Below, in pieces: positions 52,184-64,000 of a DNA stretch of 64,000 bases. The stretch lies in the NCBI GenBank assembly GCA_051362555.1, contig CM120642.1, forward strand, positions 2,418,001 through 2,482,000. Direction: 5' to 3'. The DNA is from Lingula anatina (Eukaryota > Animalia > Brachiopoda). Both the position numbers and the translations under genes were made by a program. Under the pieces are notes generated by a model, which made no database searches, was not told the DNA's origin, and worked only from the letters and a program-made list of their open reading frames with translations. Positions within the stretch are counted from its first letter, which is position 1. Each line of letters opens with the position of its first letter.

Positions 52184-55100
52184 AATGAGCTCGTATTATA
52201 ACATTTCAAATTGGTTACAAAAAATCATACTGGCTTATTCATCAACAAGGCATAAATTTGCAGAATAAATGCCCCTAATTTTACAACTTAGTCTCTGTCT
52301 CCATAAAAGATAATTTCTTACCATGTGTAACTGCACTTTTCCCTCAAACCTGACAGCAGCATAGTCTGCATTCATCTTCAGAGACTGCACAGTGCCCAGG
52401 TATTCTCTGTCCTTTAACTTCTCAGGGGGAGCCCCAACTGGTAGAAGACAAACATATAAAGACATACTTTATAAATAAATAAAATAATATTAAAATGTCT
52501 AAAACAAGAATAAATGTATGTCCTAGTAATTTGTGAATAACAACAAAATATTCAATTTGTTCAACATGTCCAGGTTATCAAGTAGTATCTTAGTCTATCT
52601 AAATTATCATTATTATTGCTGTTGAATGTTTTTACCTTCACAATCCAAGACATAAAACCATGCCCTGTTAATACCTTCACAATCCAAGGCATAAAACCAT
52701 GCCCTGTTATTACCTTCACAATCCAAGACATAAAACCATGCCCTGTTATTACCTTCACAATCCAAGACATAAAACCATGCCCTGTTATTACCTTCACAAT
52801 CCAAGACATAAAACCATGCCCTGTTATTACCTTCACAATCCAAGGCATAAAACCATGCCCTGTTATTACCTTCACAATCCAAGGCATAAAACCATGCCCT
52901 GGTATTACCTTCACAATCCAAGACATAAAACCATGCCCTGTTATTACCTTCACAATCCAAGACATAAAACCATGCCCTGTTATTACCTTCACAATCCAAG
53001 GCATAAAACCATGCCCTGTTATTACCTTCACAATCCAAGGCATAAAACCATGCCCTGTTATTACCTTCACAATCCAAAGCATAAAACCATGCCCTGTTAT
53101 TACCTTCACAATCCAAGGCATAAAACCATGCCCTGTTATTACCTTCACAATCCACGGCATAAAACCATGCCCTGTTATTACCTTCACAATCCACGGCATA
53201 AAACCATGCCCTGTTATTACCTTCACAATCCACGGCATAAAACCATGCCCTGTTATTACCTTCACAATCCACGGCATAAAACCATGCCCTGTTATTACCT
53301 TCACAATCCAAGGCATAAAACCATGCCTTGTTATTACCTTCACAATCCAAGGCATAAAACCATGCCCTGTTATTACCTTCACAATCCAAGACATAAAACC
53401 ATGCCCTGTTATTACCTTCACAATCCAAGACATAAAACCATGCCCTGTTATTACCTTCACAATCCAAGGCATAAAACCATGCCCTGTTATTACCTTCGCA
53501 ATCCAAGGCATAAAACCATGCCCTGTTATTCATGCCCACAGCCAGGTGATAGGGTCCTAGGCCAATGAAGGCTGGCTCCACATCAGCTGCCAGCACTATA
53601 GGGGCATCCTGGAGGACAGAGAAGGTATAGCAATAAGTTTCCAAATAAAAATTTTAACTCAGTAATCCATGAAAGAAAATGGAACAAAAAGCTACTTGCT
53701 GACTCCACAATAAAATATGCACATGCTCAAGAATTCAACTTACATCAAAAAAATAAAATCAAACTCACTGCATCACTTCAGAATCTAGATATGCCTTAAA
53801 GTCAGCATAAACAACATTAAACACAATATCTCTCATTTTTCAACACAACGAAAATGGCTTGTTTAAATCGCGACCCAACAAACTTTCAACTTATGCATAA
53901 CATCAACTAATATCAGGCACATTTTCAAAAATGGTCAGTAACTTCGGCGAGAGATTCATCTGATTAAGTTACACATTCACACACCCACACGTATAAGTGC
54001 TTATCTATACAAATCTGTAAAATATTACTCACCCCGGACACATTATCCTGTACTGTCACCTCCAGCAGAGAAGTCAGGTAAGCCAGCCTGGTGTTATATG
54101 TATCAAACACCATGGGCAGCTTGGTCAGGTAAACATGGAGACTGCCCGCCTTGGTGGACACGGCCAGGAGCTGACCATCATCTGTCCAGTTAATTTGGCC
54201 CAGTTGACGCTCATCGTCCAGGTTCAGAATAGCATAGGTTTCCTTCAGGTCCGATAGTTCATGGATCTTCACACTGAAGATACACACATGGGCATGTATT
54301 ATATATAATGGCAATTATACGAATTTTATCTTTTTGTAGAAAAGAAGCAGAAAATATATGTTCTTGGATTCAACTGATGGAGCTTTGAGTTCAATTGTTA
54401 AAAGATTAAAAAATACTTGTAATCTGCTTTGAGAATCAGGTACAAAATATTTAAAACTAATAAGAGAGACACTCCAAATAAACAAGATAAGACATTATTG
54501 AACATTTTTGCCAAGAGGAAAAAAATCAACATCCTCATCTACTCACATGTTGTCTCCACAAGAAGCAGCTTTGTTCAGGGACAGTGTGATGGCTATGGAG
54601 GTTAGGTTGTCTTTGTGGTTACGAGCCTGGAACAGCTCCTGGTAGAAATATTAATTAATGAATTTTACAATAGTTTAGTTCACGTTTAATAAATGAATAT
54701 TTTAAAAAGTTCTTCAAATTTGTTGTCAAAGAAAAGAATTCAATGTGATTACTGCAGTGTAATTATTAACTTCAACATGTTTTTATGGCAAAATTACATA
54801 TAAAGTTATCATCAAAATATTTAGACTAAATACAGCTAACAGATTCATTATTTATGACCATGGGGACAGTATAAATTCAGTCAAACATTAAACCCAGTGA
54901 TTGTTCTAAGTATACAGTTAAAAAAATACCAATGAACAAGAAAACTGCATTACCACCTGCTAGCATAGGATGTGAAAAATGATATTTACCAAAATTCTGT
55001 CTCTGCGTAACAAAGTGTTAACTGAAATAAGCTCTACCTACCTGTCCAATCTCCTTCATATGTGTGGAGATAACTACAAAGAAACCCTGTGAGAAACCAA

Positions 55101-58100
55101 TCATGATGTAGCCATCACCATACCTGAAAGAGTTTTGAAGTCATCTTAAAACACATCAGATAGGTCAACTGAATACCATGAATCCTAATAAAAAAGTTTG
55201 ATAAAGGGCAACACTATGTGATGTCAGGACTTCCATTTTTAATGCAACAAAAGCATTTCAACATATTAAATATCAATAGTGATGCAATACAACCTTGAAC
55301 TAGAGGATCAGAGAGGCGATACCGCCTCCGAATATTGTACCACCAGCTGGAGCAAGCGCATTCGTATAGAACCCCACATACACAAAATAAGGGACACAGC
55401 CACCAGTTTTGTGCTTGACAAGCTGTAAATATGCAATCAACAAGAATTTTTAAACTATTGCAAAAAATATATATGGTACAATCAAATTTAAGTTCTTCGT
55501 AAGGTAGGTCAAGGGTCAATTTCAAGGTCACAGTAAATTGCCAGTATATGACTTCCTATTCAAGTTCAAGAGTAACTATGGACCTATCTCTGTCAAGTTT
55601 GAAGTTAAAAGAGAAAGAAATTAGCAGAGTTCAGTTCATGATAAAAAGTAGGTCAAAGGTCAATTTCAAGGTCACATTTAGATTGCCAGTATATGACTTT
55701 CTATTCAAGTTCAATAGTAACTATGGACCTATCTCTGCCAGTTTTGGAGATAAAAGGGAAGCAAAATTTGCAAAGTTCAGTTTATGGTGAAAAGTAGGAC
55801 AAAGGTCAATTTTTATGTCACATTTATAATGCCAGTATATGACTTCTATTCAAGTTCAATAGTAACTACGGACCTATCTCAGCCAGTTTTGGAGATAAAA
55901 GGAAAGCAAAATTTGCAAAATTCAGTTTATGGTGTAAAGTAGGTCAAAGGTCAATTTTAAGGTCACATTTAGATTGCCAGTATATGACTTCCTTTTCAAG
56001 TTCAATAGTAACTATGGACCTATCTCTGCCAGTTTTGGAGATAAAAGGAAAGCAAAATTTGCAAAGTTCAGTTCATGGTGAAAAGTAGGTCAAAGGTCAA
56101 TTTCAAGGTCACATTTAGATTGCCAGTATATGACTTCCTATTCAAGTTCAATAGTAACTATGGACCTATCTCAGCCAGTTTTGGAGATAAAAGGGAAGCA
56201 AAATTTGCAAAATTCAGTTCATGGTGAAAAGTAGGTCAAAGGTCAATTTCAAGGTCACATTTAGATTGCCAGTATATGACTTCCTATTCAAGTTCAATAG
56301 TAACTATGGACCTATCTCTGCCAGTTTTGGAGATAAAAGGGAAGCAAAATTTGCAAAGTTCAGTTTATGGTGAAAAGTAGGTCAAAGGTCAATTTTGAGG
56401 TCACATTTAGATTGCCAGTATATGACTTCCTATTCAAGTTCAATAGTAACTATGGACCTATCTCAGCCAGTTTTGGAGATAAAAGGAAAGCAAAATTTGC
56501 AAAATTCAGTTCATGGTGTAAAGTAGGTCAAAGGTCAATTTTAAGGTCACATTTAGATTGCCAGTATATGACTTCCTATTCAAGTTCAATAGTAACTACG
56601 GACCTATCTCAGCCAGTTTTGGAGATAAAAGGAAAGCAAAATTTGCAAAATTCAGTTCATGGTGTAAAGTAGGTCAAAGGTCAATTTTAAGGTCACATTT
56701 AGATTGCCAGTATATGACTTCCTATTCAAGTTCAATAGTAACTATGGACCTATCTCTGCCAGTTTTGGAGATAAAAGGGAAGCAAATTTTGCAAAGTTCA
56801 GTTCATGGTGAAAAGTAGGTCAAAGGTCAATTTCAAGGTCACATTTAGATTGCCAGTATATGACTTCCTATTCAAGTTCAATAGTAACTATGGACCTATC
56901 TCTGCCAGTTTTGGAGATAAAAGGGAAGCAAAATTTGCAAAGTTCAGTTTATGGTGAAAAGTAGGTCAAAGGTCAATTTTGAGGTCACATTTAGATTGCC
57001 AGTATATGACTTCCTATTCAAGTTCAATAGTAACTACGGACCTATCTCAGCCAGTTTTGGAGATAAAAGGAAAGCAAAATTTGCAAAATTCAGTTCATGG
57101 TGTAAAGTAGGTCAAAGGTCAATTTTAAGGTCACATTTAGATTGCCAGTATATGACTTCCTATTCAAGTTCAATAGTAACTACAGACCTATCTCAGCCAG
57201 TTTTGGAGATAAAAGGAAAGCAAAATTTGCAAAATTCAGTTCATGGTGTAAAGTAGGTCAAAGGTCAATTTTAAGGTCACATTTAGATTGCCAGTATATG
57301 ACTTCCTATTCAAGTTCAATAGTAACTATGGACCTATCTCTGCCAGTTTTGGAGATAAAAGGGAAGAAAAATTTGCAAAGTTCAGTTCATGGTGAAAAGT
57401 AGGTCAAAGGTCACTTTCAAGGTCATAGTAAGATTGCCAGTATCTGACTTCCTATTCAACTTCAATAGTAACTATGGACCTATCTCTGCCAGTTTTGGAG
57501 ATAAAAGGGAAGAAAAATTTGCAAAGTTCAGTTCATGGTGAAAAGTAGGTCAAAGGTCACTTTCAAGGTCATAGTAAGATTGCCAGTATATGACTTCCTA
57601 TTCAACTTCAATAGTAACTATGGACCTATCTCTGCCAGTTTTGGAGATATAAGGGACTAAATGTTATAATTTTGGAGTTACCATAATGTGCCTTAAATTT
57701 CGTACAGAAAAAATTAATTAAAATAAAGAAAATGTCATTTTGGTCAAATTTCTTGAAAAAGGAGGTGCTCTGAAGTTTCAGAAGTTCAAATTTGATGAAA
57801 TAATGTCATTTTTGAACACAAGTTGTCTGCTTTGCCAAGCCTTATGTTTTATTTTTCCAGAGTTCAAAATTTATTATCCATTACCGTACTGCACATTTTG
57901 CTTTTACCACCAATATGTACTTTTTGATACAGCGTAACTCGAAAACCGTATGGAATACAAAAAAACCGAGACCACCTCCAGTGTTGGGCTTTACATGCTC
58001 TACAAAATGCAAAAAAGAATGGGTCTCTAGCATTAACGGTTCCCGAATTAGAGACAGTTTTCAGTTTCGGTATCTTATGGCCGCTACTCCCGTGAAAATG

Positions 58101-61100
58101 CACCGATTGACCCCAAATTCATGGAGATGAAAGATGACCTGAAGGGTAACACCTTCCAATAATATTATTGGTTAAGTCTGTGTGGTGTCTGAATAACAGG
58201 GCAAAAAAAATTTTTTTCGTAAAAAATTTCATTTTTTTGAAAATTTTGGCCCATTTGACCTTGAAGTAAAGGTCAAAGGTCAAATCCAAGGGTATATTTG
58301 AAATCTACACATATGACTTTTGGAAAGCCGTCTATAGAAATTTTTCCCATAACTCCTTCCGTAGGGTAGATAATTAGCATTTAATTTTGCCATTTTTAGA
58401 CAAGGGTGCATTGCAATGAGTGCCACACCCAGACCCCAATACCGACAAAGCCCAAATTTTACGTGGAACGAGTTGAGATTATAGGTGACCTAAATCCATG
58501 AGGTGGGTACGGGGGCCCTTACCGTCTAGGAGGAGAAGCGGTAACGGTAGCCGTCCGGCGGAGCCGGCGGAGCCAACGGAGCCGGCGGAGCCGGCGGAGC
58601 CGGCGGAACGATCCGGACGGGACCGAAACCATGTGTACCGCCAGCGCTAACGCTGGTGGTACAATAATATTCCAATACATCTGTTCTAACAATTTTATTC
58701 AAGAGGGATATGCTTATATGTCACTTTCAATTCTTATACATCCTCACCATTTATAGGCCACAATGCTTCCATATCTCTGCTGAAATGCCAGCTCTATGGG
58801 ATTCTCTGGATCATTGATGTTGTATAAATACAAAGTCTTCCTGCCAATTACTATGCTAACCTGTAATATAATAACCCAAATTATGAAAGCTGAATTAGCC
58901 CCACCCCATTCCTTCTCCCATCAAGCTCTTTTATTATGATGGGAATCATACCAGACAGCCTAAATCATGGCTCTTGACACCATGTGATGTCGTAAGTGAC
59001 TATAAAACATGCATGATTCTGAGCAGTGGGTGGCTTTCACTTTTTTGTAAATTTTTTGCTTCACTATTTAGCACATAGTATATGGTACATATCTGACTGT
59101 TGAGGTAATGAGTTATATGAATGTCCTGTCACCCTTTCCTTGCTTAAAATTGCTTGTACTTTTGGATGTAATGATCAAGAAACTTTTCAGCACTTTCAGC
59201 TTACATTATTGCTCCAATTGCTCTCCAGGGACAAGTTCGGAAATATTAGTGATAGAAACCTACCGTGTTATCCCCCATCTGACTCCTTTCATCCCCCTTC
59301 ATCTCAGAGAACTGGATGTCACTGGGCTCAGCACGGAGGTTGGTCTGGCGTATGGTGTCCCCCTCAGCGTTACTGATGGTCAACGTGTTGTCCTGGCTGC
59401 CCAGGGCCAGCAGGTTCTGACTACTCCAGGCCCCACACGTGATCTTCTTAGTGTGCTTGCCCAGGATGGGGATTTTTCTGAAACCATATAAAGATATCAG
59501 CTACGTTTGCCAAGATGTGTCAGATTAACTCAGGGATGAGACTTCCACTTAGTGAAAAGGTCAGAAAATATGGCGTGGGGTCCAGGCCAATGATATTTTT
59601 GGCTCCCCAAGAGTCGTAAATCTGCTTATAGTCAGAAAAATCTTATCCCTGTTAACTATCAGTATTAAACTTTCAAATGAATGATATTTTTCACTAAAAC
59701 AAAAGTCCCAGTGTACTTGATGCTGTTGTTTAAGGATTACCGTATATCTTGAGATTTTGCAGCTTATTGTGATGCCTCACCTTGATGTCTGATGATTGTA
59801 TATCATCAAGTTTCCTTTGGCCGTTCCTATGGACAGCTGTTGACCTGTCTTTGACCACAGCAGGAAGGTTAGACTGTCCCTAGAAAAGTATAAGACATTT
59901 CCTGTCTTTTAAGTCATTTCAATTATAAAGAACATTAAAATGCCATTCCACTTTCTATAAACATATACATAACTAATAATAACATTCTGGACACCAATAC
60001 TTTCAACAAATCACAATTTAATTATCTTTAAATTATATGCAAAGCAGTAACAGCCAGTAACTTGAATGATTAATCAAATAACATTTAAGTTTTCAAAATA
60101 ATGTATCATATTTTAATTATCAGTTTTTCCTGTATTTTAGACTGTAAAGTCTATTGAACATATTTTGAATATAGACTCTAAATATTAATAATAAGAAGAA
60201 GAGGAAGAAGAAGAAGAGGAAATAAATATAACTAGATGGTTGCCTATAAACCCACCTGAGTCCACTATCCAGCTGTGACAGTCTCGCTGAATTGGCGTTC
60301 CACAGGAACACAACACCCGTCTTGTCATTAATGATAGCAAGGACGTCACCATCCACATCCCAGCCAAACCCAGTACACAAACTTCAATGAAATAGAAAAG
60401 GCAAGAATGTCAGTGATCTTATGTGAATCTGAGCTTAATGAAGAAATGCATCTAGAACTTCATACAGGCAGAGATTTTTAATGTGAAAAAAATTTTTTTC
60501 TTACATTTTTAGAAATATAAAATATAAATGTGGCTATTATTTTTCATCATTATCCCTCTAACAACTCTCTCTCCCTTTAAAAATTACTTTTAAATTGACT
60601 AATTACCCAGGGAGGTTTATTTCTTCTCTAAGTTCTCCATGACGGTCAAAGATCCTCACATTGTGATCAAATCTGAAATAATCATTTGACAATTTATAAA
60701 AGCAAGAATCAATCATACAGACAAAAGCTGAAATGGCAGATTTAGTGGCTTAATTAAATGGCTTAATTATGTATGGAACCATTCATTCAATAACTTCCTA
60801 ATATTTTTTTCTATTTTACAAATAAATAAATAAATATGCTTTACTAGATGGAATATCTAGTTAATGAATCTTCTTTTATACTGTATTGCTTTCTAGAATA
60901 TAATACAGAATTATATTATAACAAGCAAGATTTGCCATGCAAGCCATATTTTACTCTAGAACTATTTTAATTACCCTGTAGTGGCCAAATAATTCCCCAA
61001 AGACCTCTGCCATTGGTAAAATATCCCCCCTGGTCCATGAGTCTTCTCATTCAGGGTAAATACTCGCTGAAATTAAAATTGAAGAATATAAAATGGACAA

Positions 61101-61782
61101 AACAAATGCAGATCGCCTCCTGAACTTGTACAAGTCAGTCGTTAATTTTCAATTTTTATTTTCATTCACTTAATGGAGTGGGTTTAGTCATCTAAATGTC
61201 TCTTTCATTCAAATAAATTAATTTTGCAATTTTACTTGCCTGAAATGACTTCAGCTCTTGTTAACTTAAATGGATTTGAAGTTTCCAGTAAAACAGCAAA
61301 AAAGTGAATTCCCAAAGTAATATGAAAAGCAGAGACATTTATCAAAGTCGCCACAAAAATGAATAAAAAATAAAATGAAAAAAATTAACAAAGACTTATG
61401 ATCATAAGTTGGAAAGGAGCACATTGCACTTGTTAAACTGCAGCATACTGCATAAAGATTACAATTACGTCCTCTGTGTGTGTGTGTGTGGGTGGGGGGG
61501 GGGGGGGGGACTATTTTCAACTTTTTTCTGCCGTGCGGACCTGTCACCACTTGTGTTCACTTGTATAAATAGGCCTTAGTTTGTGACTTATTTAAGTGAG
61601 TGCTTAAAACTTAATTCACTTTTTAATTATCAGATTGGAAACCCTAAGTTATCGCATTTGCCATTTGATTTGGCTTTGGGTTTGAAGGGCCGGTCACATT
61701 ACTTGACCTGCAAATGCATAAATAAAAACCTTAACGTTGCTACACTTTCTGCATAATAGCACTTCAGTTCACTTACCTTCAT
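40149..61782 (-). CDS. WDR19: WD repeat-containing protein 19 / intraflagellar transport 144 (IFT-A core), ~34 coding exons
   Basis: Exon 1 ATG AAG|gt (61782-61777). Exons encode [21 protein letters not shown]...[31 protein letters not shown]...[62 protein letters not shown]...AIIIAREEQ and GRHMTKD...CPRCDFPA, colinear with vertebrate WDR19; stop TGA at 40149-40151. Confidence 0.97.
46823..47419 (-). repeat. 65-69-bp x9 tandem array making up an entire WDR19 intron (46850-47419); 9 acceptor copies
   Basis: Minus-strand unit: (t)atgtctgtattgtcatgttctcctatatatatttccag|GGGTGTAGGTATGGCTGTACA(T/G)ATGCAC. Acceptor AGs at ~46850, 46915, 46984, 47051, 47118, 47185, 47252, 47317, 47382. Confidence 0.95.
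49178..49481 (-). repeat. 64-bp x~4.7 tandem array amplifying a WDR19 3' splice acceptor (5 acceptors)
   Basis: Unit atatgattatatatcctattacag|AGTCAGTGTGTGAGTTGGTGGGGGTCACTAAGCTGCCCTA; AGs at ~49218, 49282, 49346, 49410, 49474. Confidence 0.95.
52095..52182. repeat. (GT)n microsatellite
   Basis: Uninterrupted GT run. Other microsatellites: (TA)n ~7410, (CA)n ~31560, (AAT)n ~32414, (TAAA)n ~41358 and ~42945. Confidence 0.95.
52634..53530 (-). repeat. 39-bp x23 tandem array amplifying a WDR19 exon end plus GT donor, in frame and stop-free
   Basis: Unit AATAACAGGGCATGGTTTTATGCCTTGGATTGTGAAG|GT ([13 protein letters not shown]); 897 bp = 23 x 39; ORF 52613-53644 is open throughout. Confidence 0.97.
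55300..58668 (-). mobile_element. Helentron-associated non-autonomous element (HINE / DINE-1 / pearl-like) carrying a satellite array, in a WDR19 intron
   Basis: Subterminal inverted repeats tattgtaccaccagc (55333-55347) / gctggtggtacaata (58652-58666); hairpin 58634-58663 at the 5' end; (ccggcggag)n microsatellite 58555-58607; 3' hairpin gaggcgataccgcctc (55313-55328); terminal CTAG (55300-55303) next to TT on the minus strand. Confidence 0.85.
55503..57655. repeat. 146-bp satellite, ~14.7 monomers, inside the HINE
   Basis: gtaggtcaaaggtcaattt...cagttcatggtgaaaa recurs every ~146 bp (55648, 55794, 55939, 56085 ... 57545). Confidence 0.97.
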
Positions 61783-61840
61783 ATTCAAATGGTTAACTAA
61801 ATGAAATCTCTCGGTTCTTGTCTTAAAATGTCAAAGCATT

Positions 61841-61854
61841 ATTCTCCCAGCAAC
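61841..61854 (-). promoter_or_regulatory. Candidate RFX X-box upstream of WDR19
   Basis: GTTGCTGGGAGAAT on the minus strand ~60 nt upstream of the ATG; IFT genes are canonical RFX targets. Confidence 0.45.
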
Positions 61855-64000
61855 CAAAACAATTTACGAAGAGGAATTTTTCGCGCATACTCAGTCCAAT
61901 ATTTCCCACAAACCATTGCAGTAATTGCTATTTACCGAACAATAGCCTCGTTATGATTCAAATTATTAATGACGTAAAGTAGAGCGAAGAAGAGACTACA
62001 ACCTGCACATATTAGGAGCAAGGGGATAACTGGGGGGGGAGGGGGGGGAGATTATAGGAGAAGGGTGTTCAAGTACTAAAAGTCAGTTAGGTAAAAATAC
62101 GTAGCTGATGGGTAATATTATAAAAAGAAAAAAGTGCACTCACTTATGTTTGCTTATAGAAATTAAGGCTGAAACTTTGATAAGATCTTTGTAGATTAGT
62201 GAGCCAGCAGATGTCAAGTCATGTTCACATTTTAGTGCTCAATAAACATTATTATTATTATTATTATTGTTATGTTCTTCATGTGCCATTTTGAGGAGCT
62301 TGGAACACAAAGCAATTTTCATTGGCCCCTGCTCTTGTTCTGCAAATGACATCTTCCAAAGAAAAGTGAGCTTAATATTCATGGATCAAAACTAAGTACA
62401 ATATGTCGATTATGTATGTTTCAAAGGAACTAAATCAAACTCAGTTTTGTTAAATAAGATATATATTACAATTCAACTTTGTATTACTGCACTACAATAT
62501 CATTATAATATATTGTACTAGTATCACAGCCTCACAGCTCTGTACATAGGGTTAAAAGATAAGTATTTTCTGCAATAATTACACTTTTGAATGTCTAAAA
62601 TTTTAGAGCATATTAGTTAATAGTACATCATACATGCTAGGTTTATTTAATTATTGATATTACAGGGAGCCACAATCAATTCTAGCCTCACAACAAACTA
62701 TGATTTAACTATCTAAAAATATTAATTTACTCAACATTCACTCATTGCAGTACAGTCTTTGGTGTCTTACTTTCATTCGTCAAATATTGTATAAATTTTC
62801 ATTGTGGATTCAAACAATGTGAGAATTTTTATCTTTTTTCAGCAGTACACATTTTCTAAAGTGTAAACTTTATCATCTTTGGTGCAATTTTCACAATAAC
62901 ATGGTTAATCATTTTAAATCAAAAATATTTCAAGCAGTTCATAATCTATGTTCCTCCTGTAAAGTCATAACAGGTTTTCAAACACATGTTAGCCAACTCT
63001 GGTAATTGAGCTCTCATAAATTCTTAAAGACAATATGAAGGTAAATTATGAAAGCATACAAATATTACCAATCAAGATATCAAGATACCAATTTCACCAA
63101 GGCCAACGTAACTCAATTTGTACTGTATTTTTACATTAGTAAAGAAAATACTCAATACATAACAGTCACGTTGGCAGATTACTATAAAGTATCAAATTTT
63201 CTTCTTATCTTGACAGTGAAAATGGTTATTTGCAAGCAATGTATCCTTGGAAAAAATCAGAGGAAAAAAAATGACTTTTTACACTTAAAAAAATTAGATT
63301 ACACGCCTTGTACCACTCTGCTGCATAACAAGGTGATGCAATCTATTTGAATTAGTTACAAAAATATAAAACATTGACAATATCTGTTGTGCTGATGACA
63401 GTATGTACATGCACTCCCACTGGTGAATCTCTTCAATTATGTTTCACTTCCTTTTATTACAAAAATCACAGACTGGAAGAAAAGACGTAGATTGAGAGCG
63501 TCAAGATGTACTTATGAAGCAACCCCCCCCCCCCCCCCCCCCGCAAAAAAAAAAAGTCAAACAAGTGAAGGTTCATCCTATTTGCATTCACTTAATTATG
63601 CATACTTACAGAATAAAGCAAATATTATATAAAACAGACTAAATTTGAATTGACCATTTGGAATTCAAATCATCTTTCATAAATAGAGATGAATAAAGCA
63701 TCAATTAACAAGTTAACCATGTCACAAATCATATGCATCACAAAGGGACTTAAATGAAAATGAGCATTTTAAAACACACAAATTACTATGATTAATGTTA
63801 GCTCAAACTGCCATGAATGATATGTACAAATGAAAACATGTGTCCAGCACACGCATTGGTCTAAAATCAACGGTTGTCATGGCTGCGGTGCTACGTGACC
63901 AATGAGGTAAATGTTATCATACAAATGACCTGCAAAGTCGTCGTTGATGTGAACAGCACGTCTTGTGTTCCGTATGAATTCGCGCTTTGACATTTTGTTC

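Noticed and set aside
52561-53568. Long repetitive ORFs in other frames (52561-53511, 52616-53560, 52699-53568)
   Set aside because: By-products of a stop-free 39-bp repeat; only the NNRAWFY frame matches WDR19.
55548-57402. ORFs within the 146-bp satellite
   Set aside because: Repeat-derived, with no recognisable protein similarity.

Overview
Eukaryotic, AT-rich, intron-containing animal DNA; the repeat landscape suggests an invertebrate, probably lophotrochozoan (inference). No prokaryotic systems, CRISPR, rRNA or tRNA were seen. There are three protein-coding genes: (1) an 18-exon minus-strand secreted mosaic protein, signal peptide-MAM-Sushi-CUB-Sushi x3-MAM-CUB-fibrinogen C (29093->15623, ~1036 aa); (2) an intronless orphan rhodopsin-class GPCR (+, 34991-36127); (3) WDR19/IFT144 (-, ~34 coding exons, 61782->40149). 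The first 15 kb and the intergenic regions hold transposon relics: Academ-like, Harbinger, Tc1, a SAP/SWIM accessory gene and Helentron-type HINEs, one carrying a 146-bp satellite. The most unusual signal is four independent tandem arrays (37, 39, 64 and 65-69 bp units) that each amplify a real splice junction 5-23 times, three in WDR19 and one in the MAM gene. One builds an entire intron and one offers 23 in-frame alternative donors. Exon coordinates were read by hand and may be off by a few bases.
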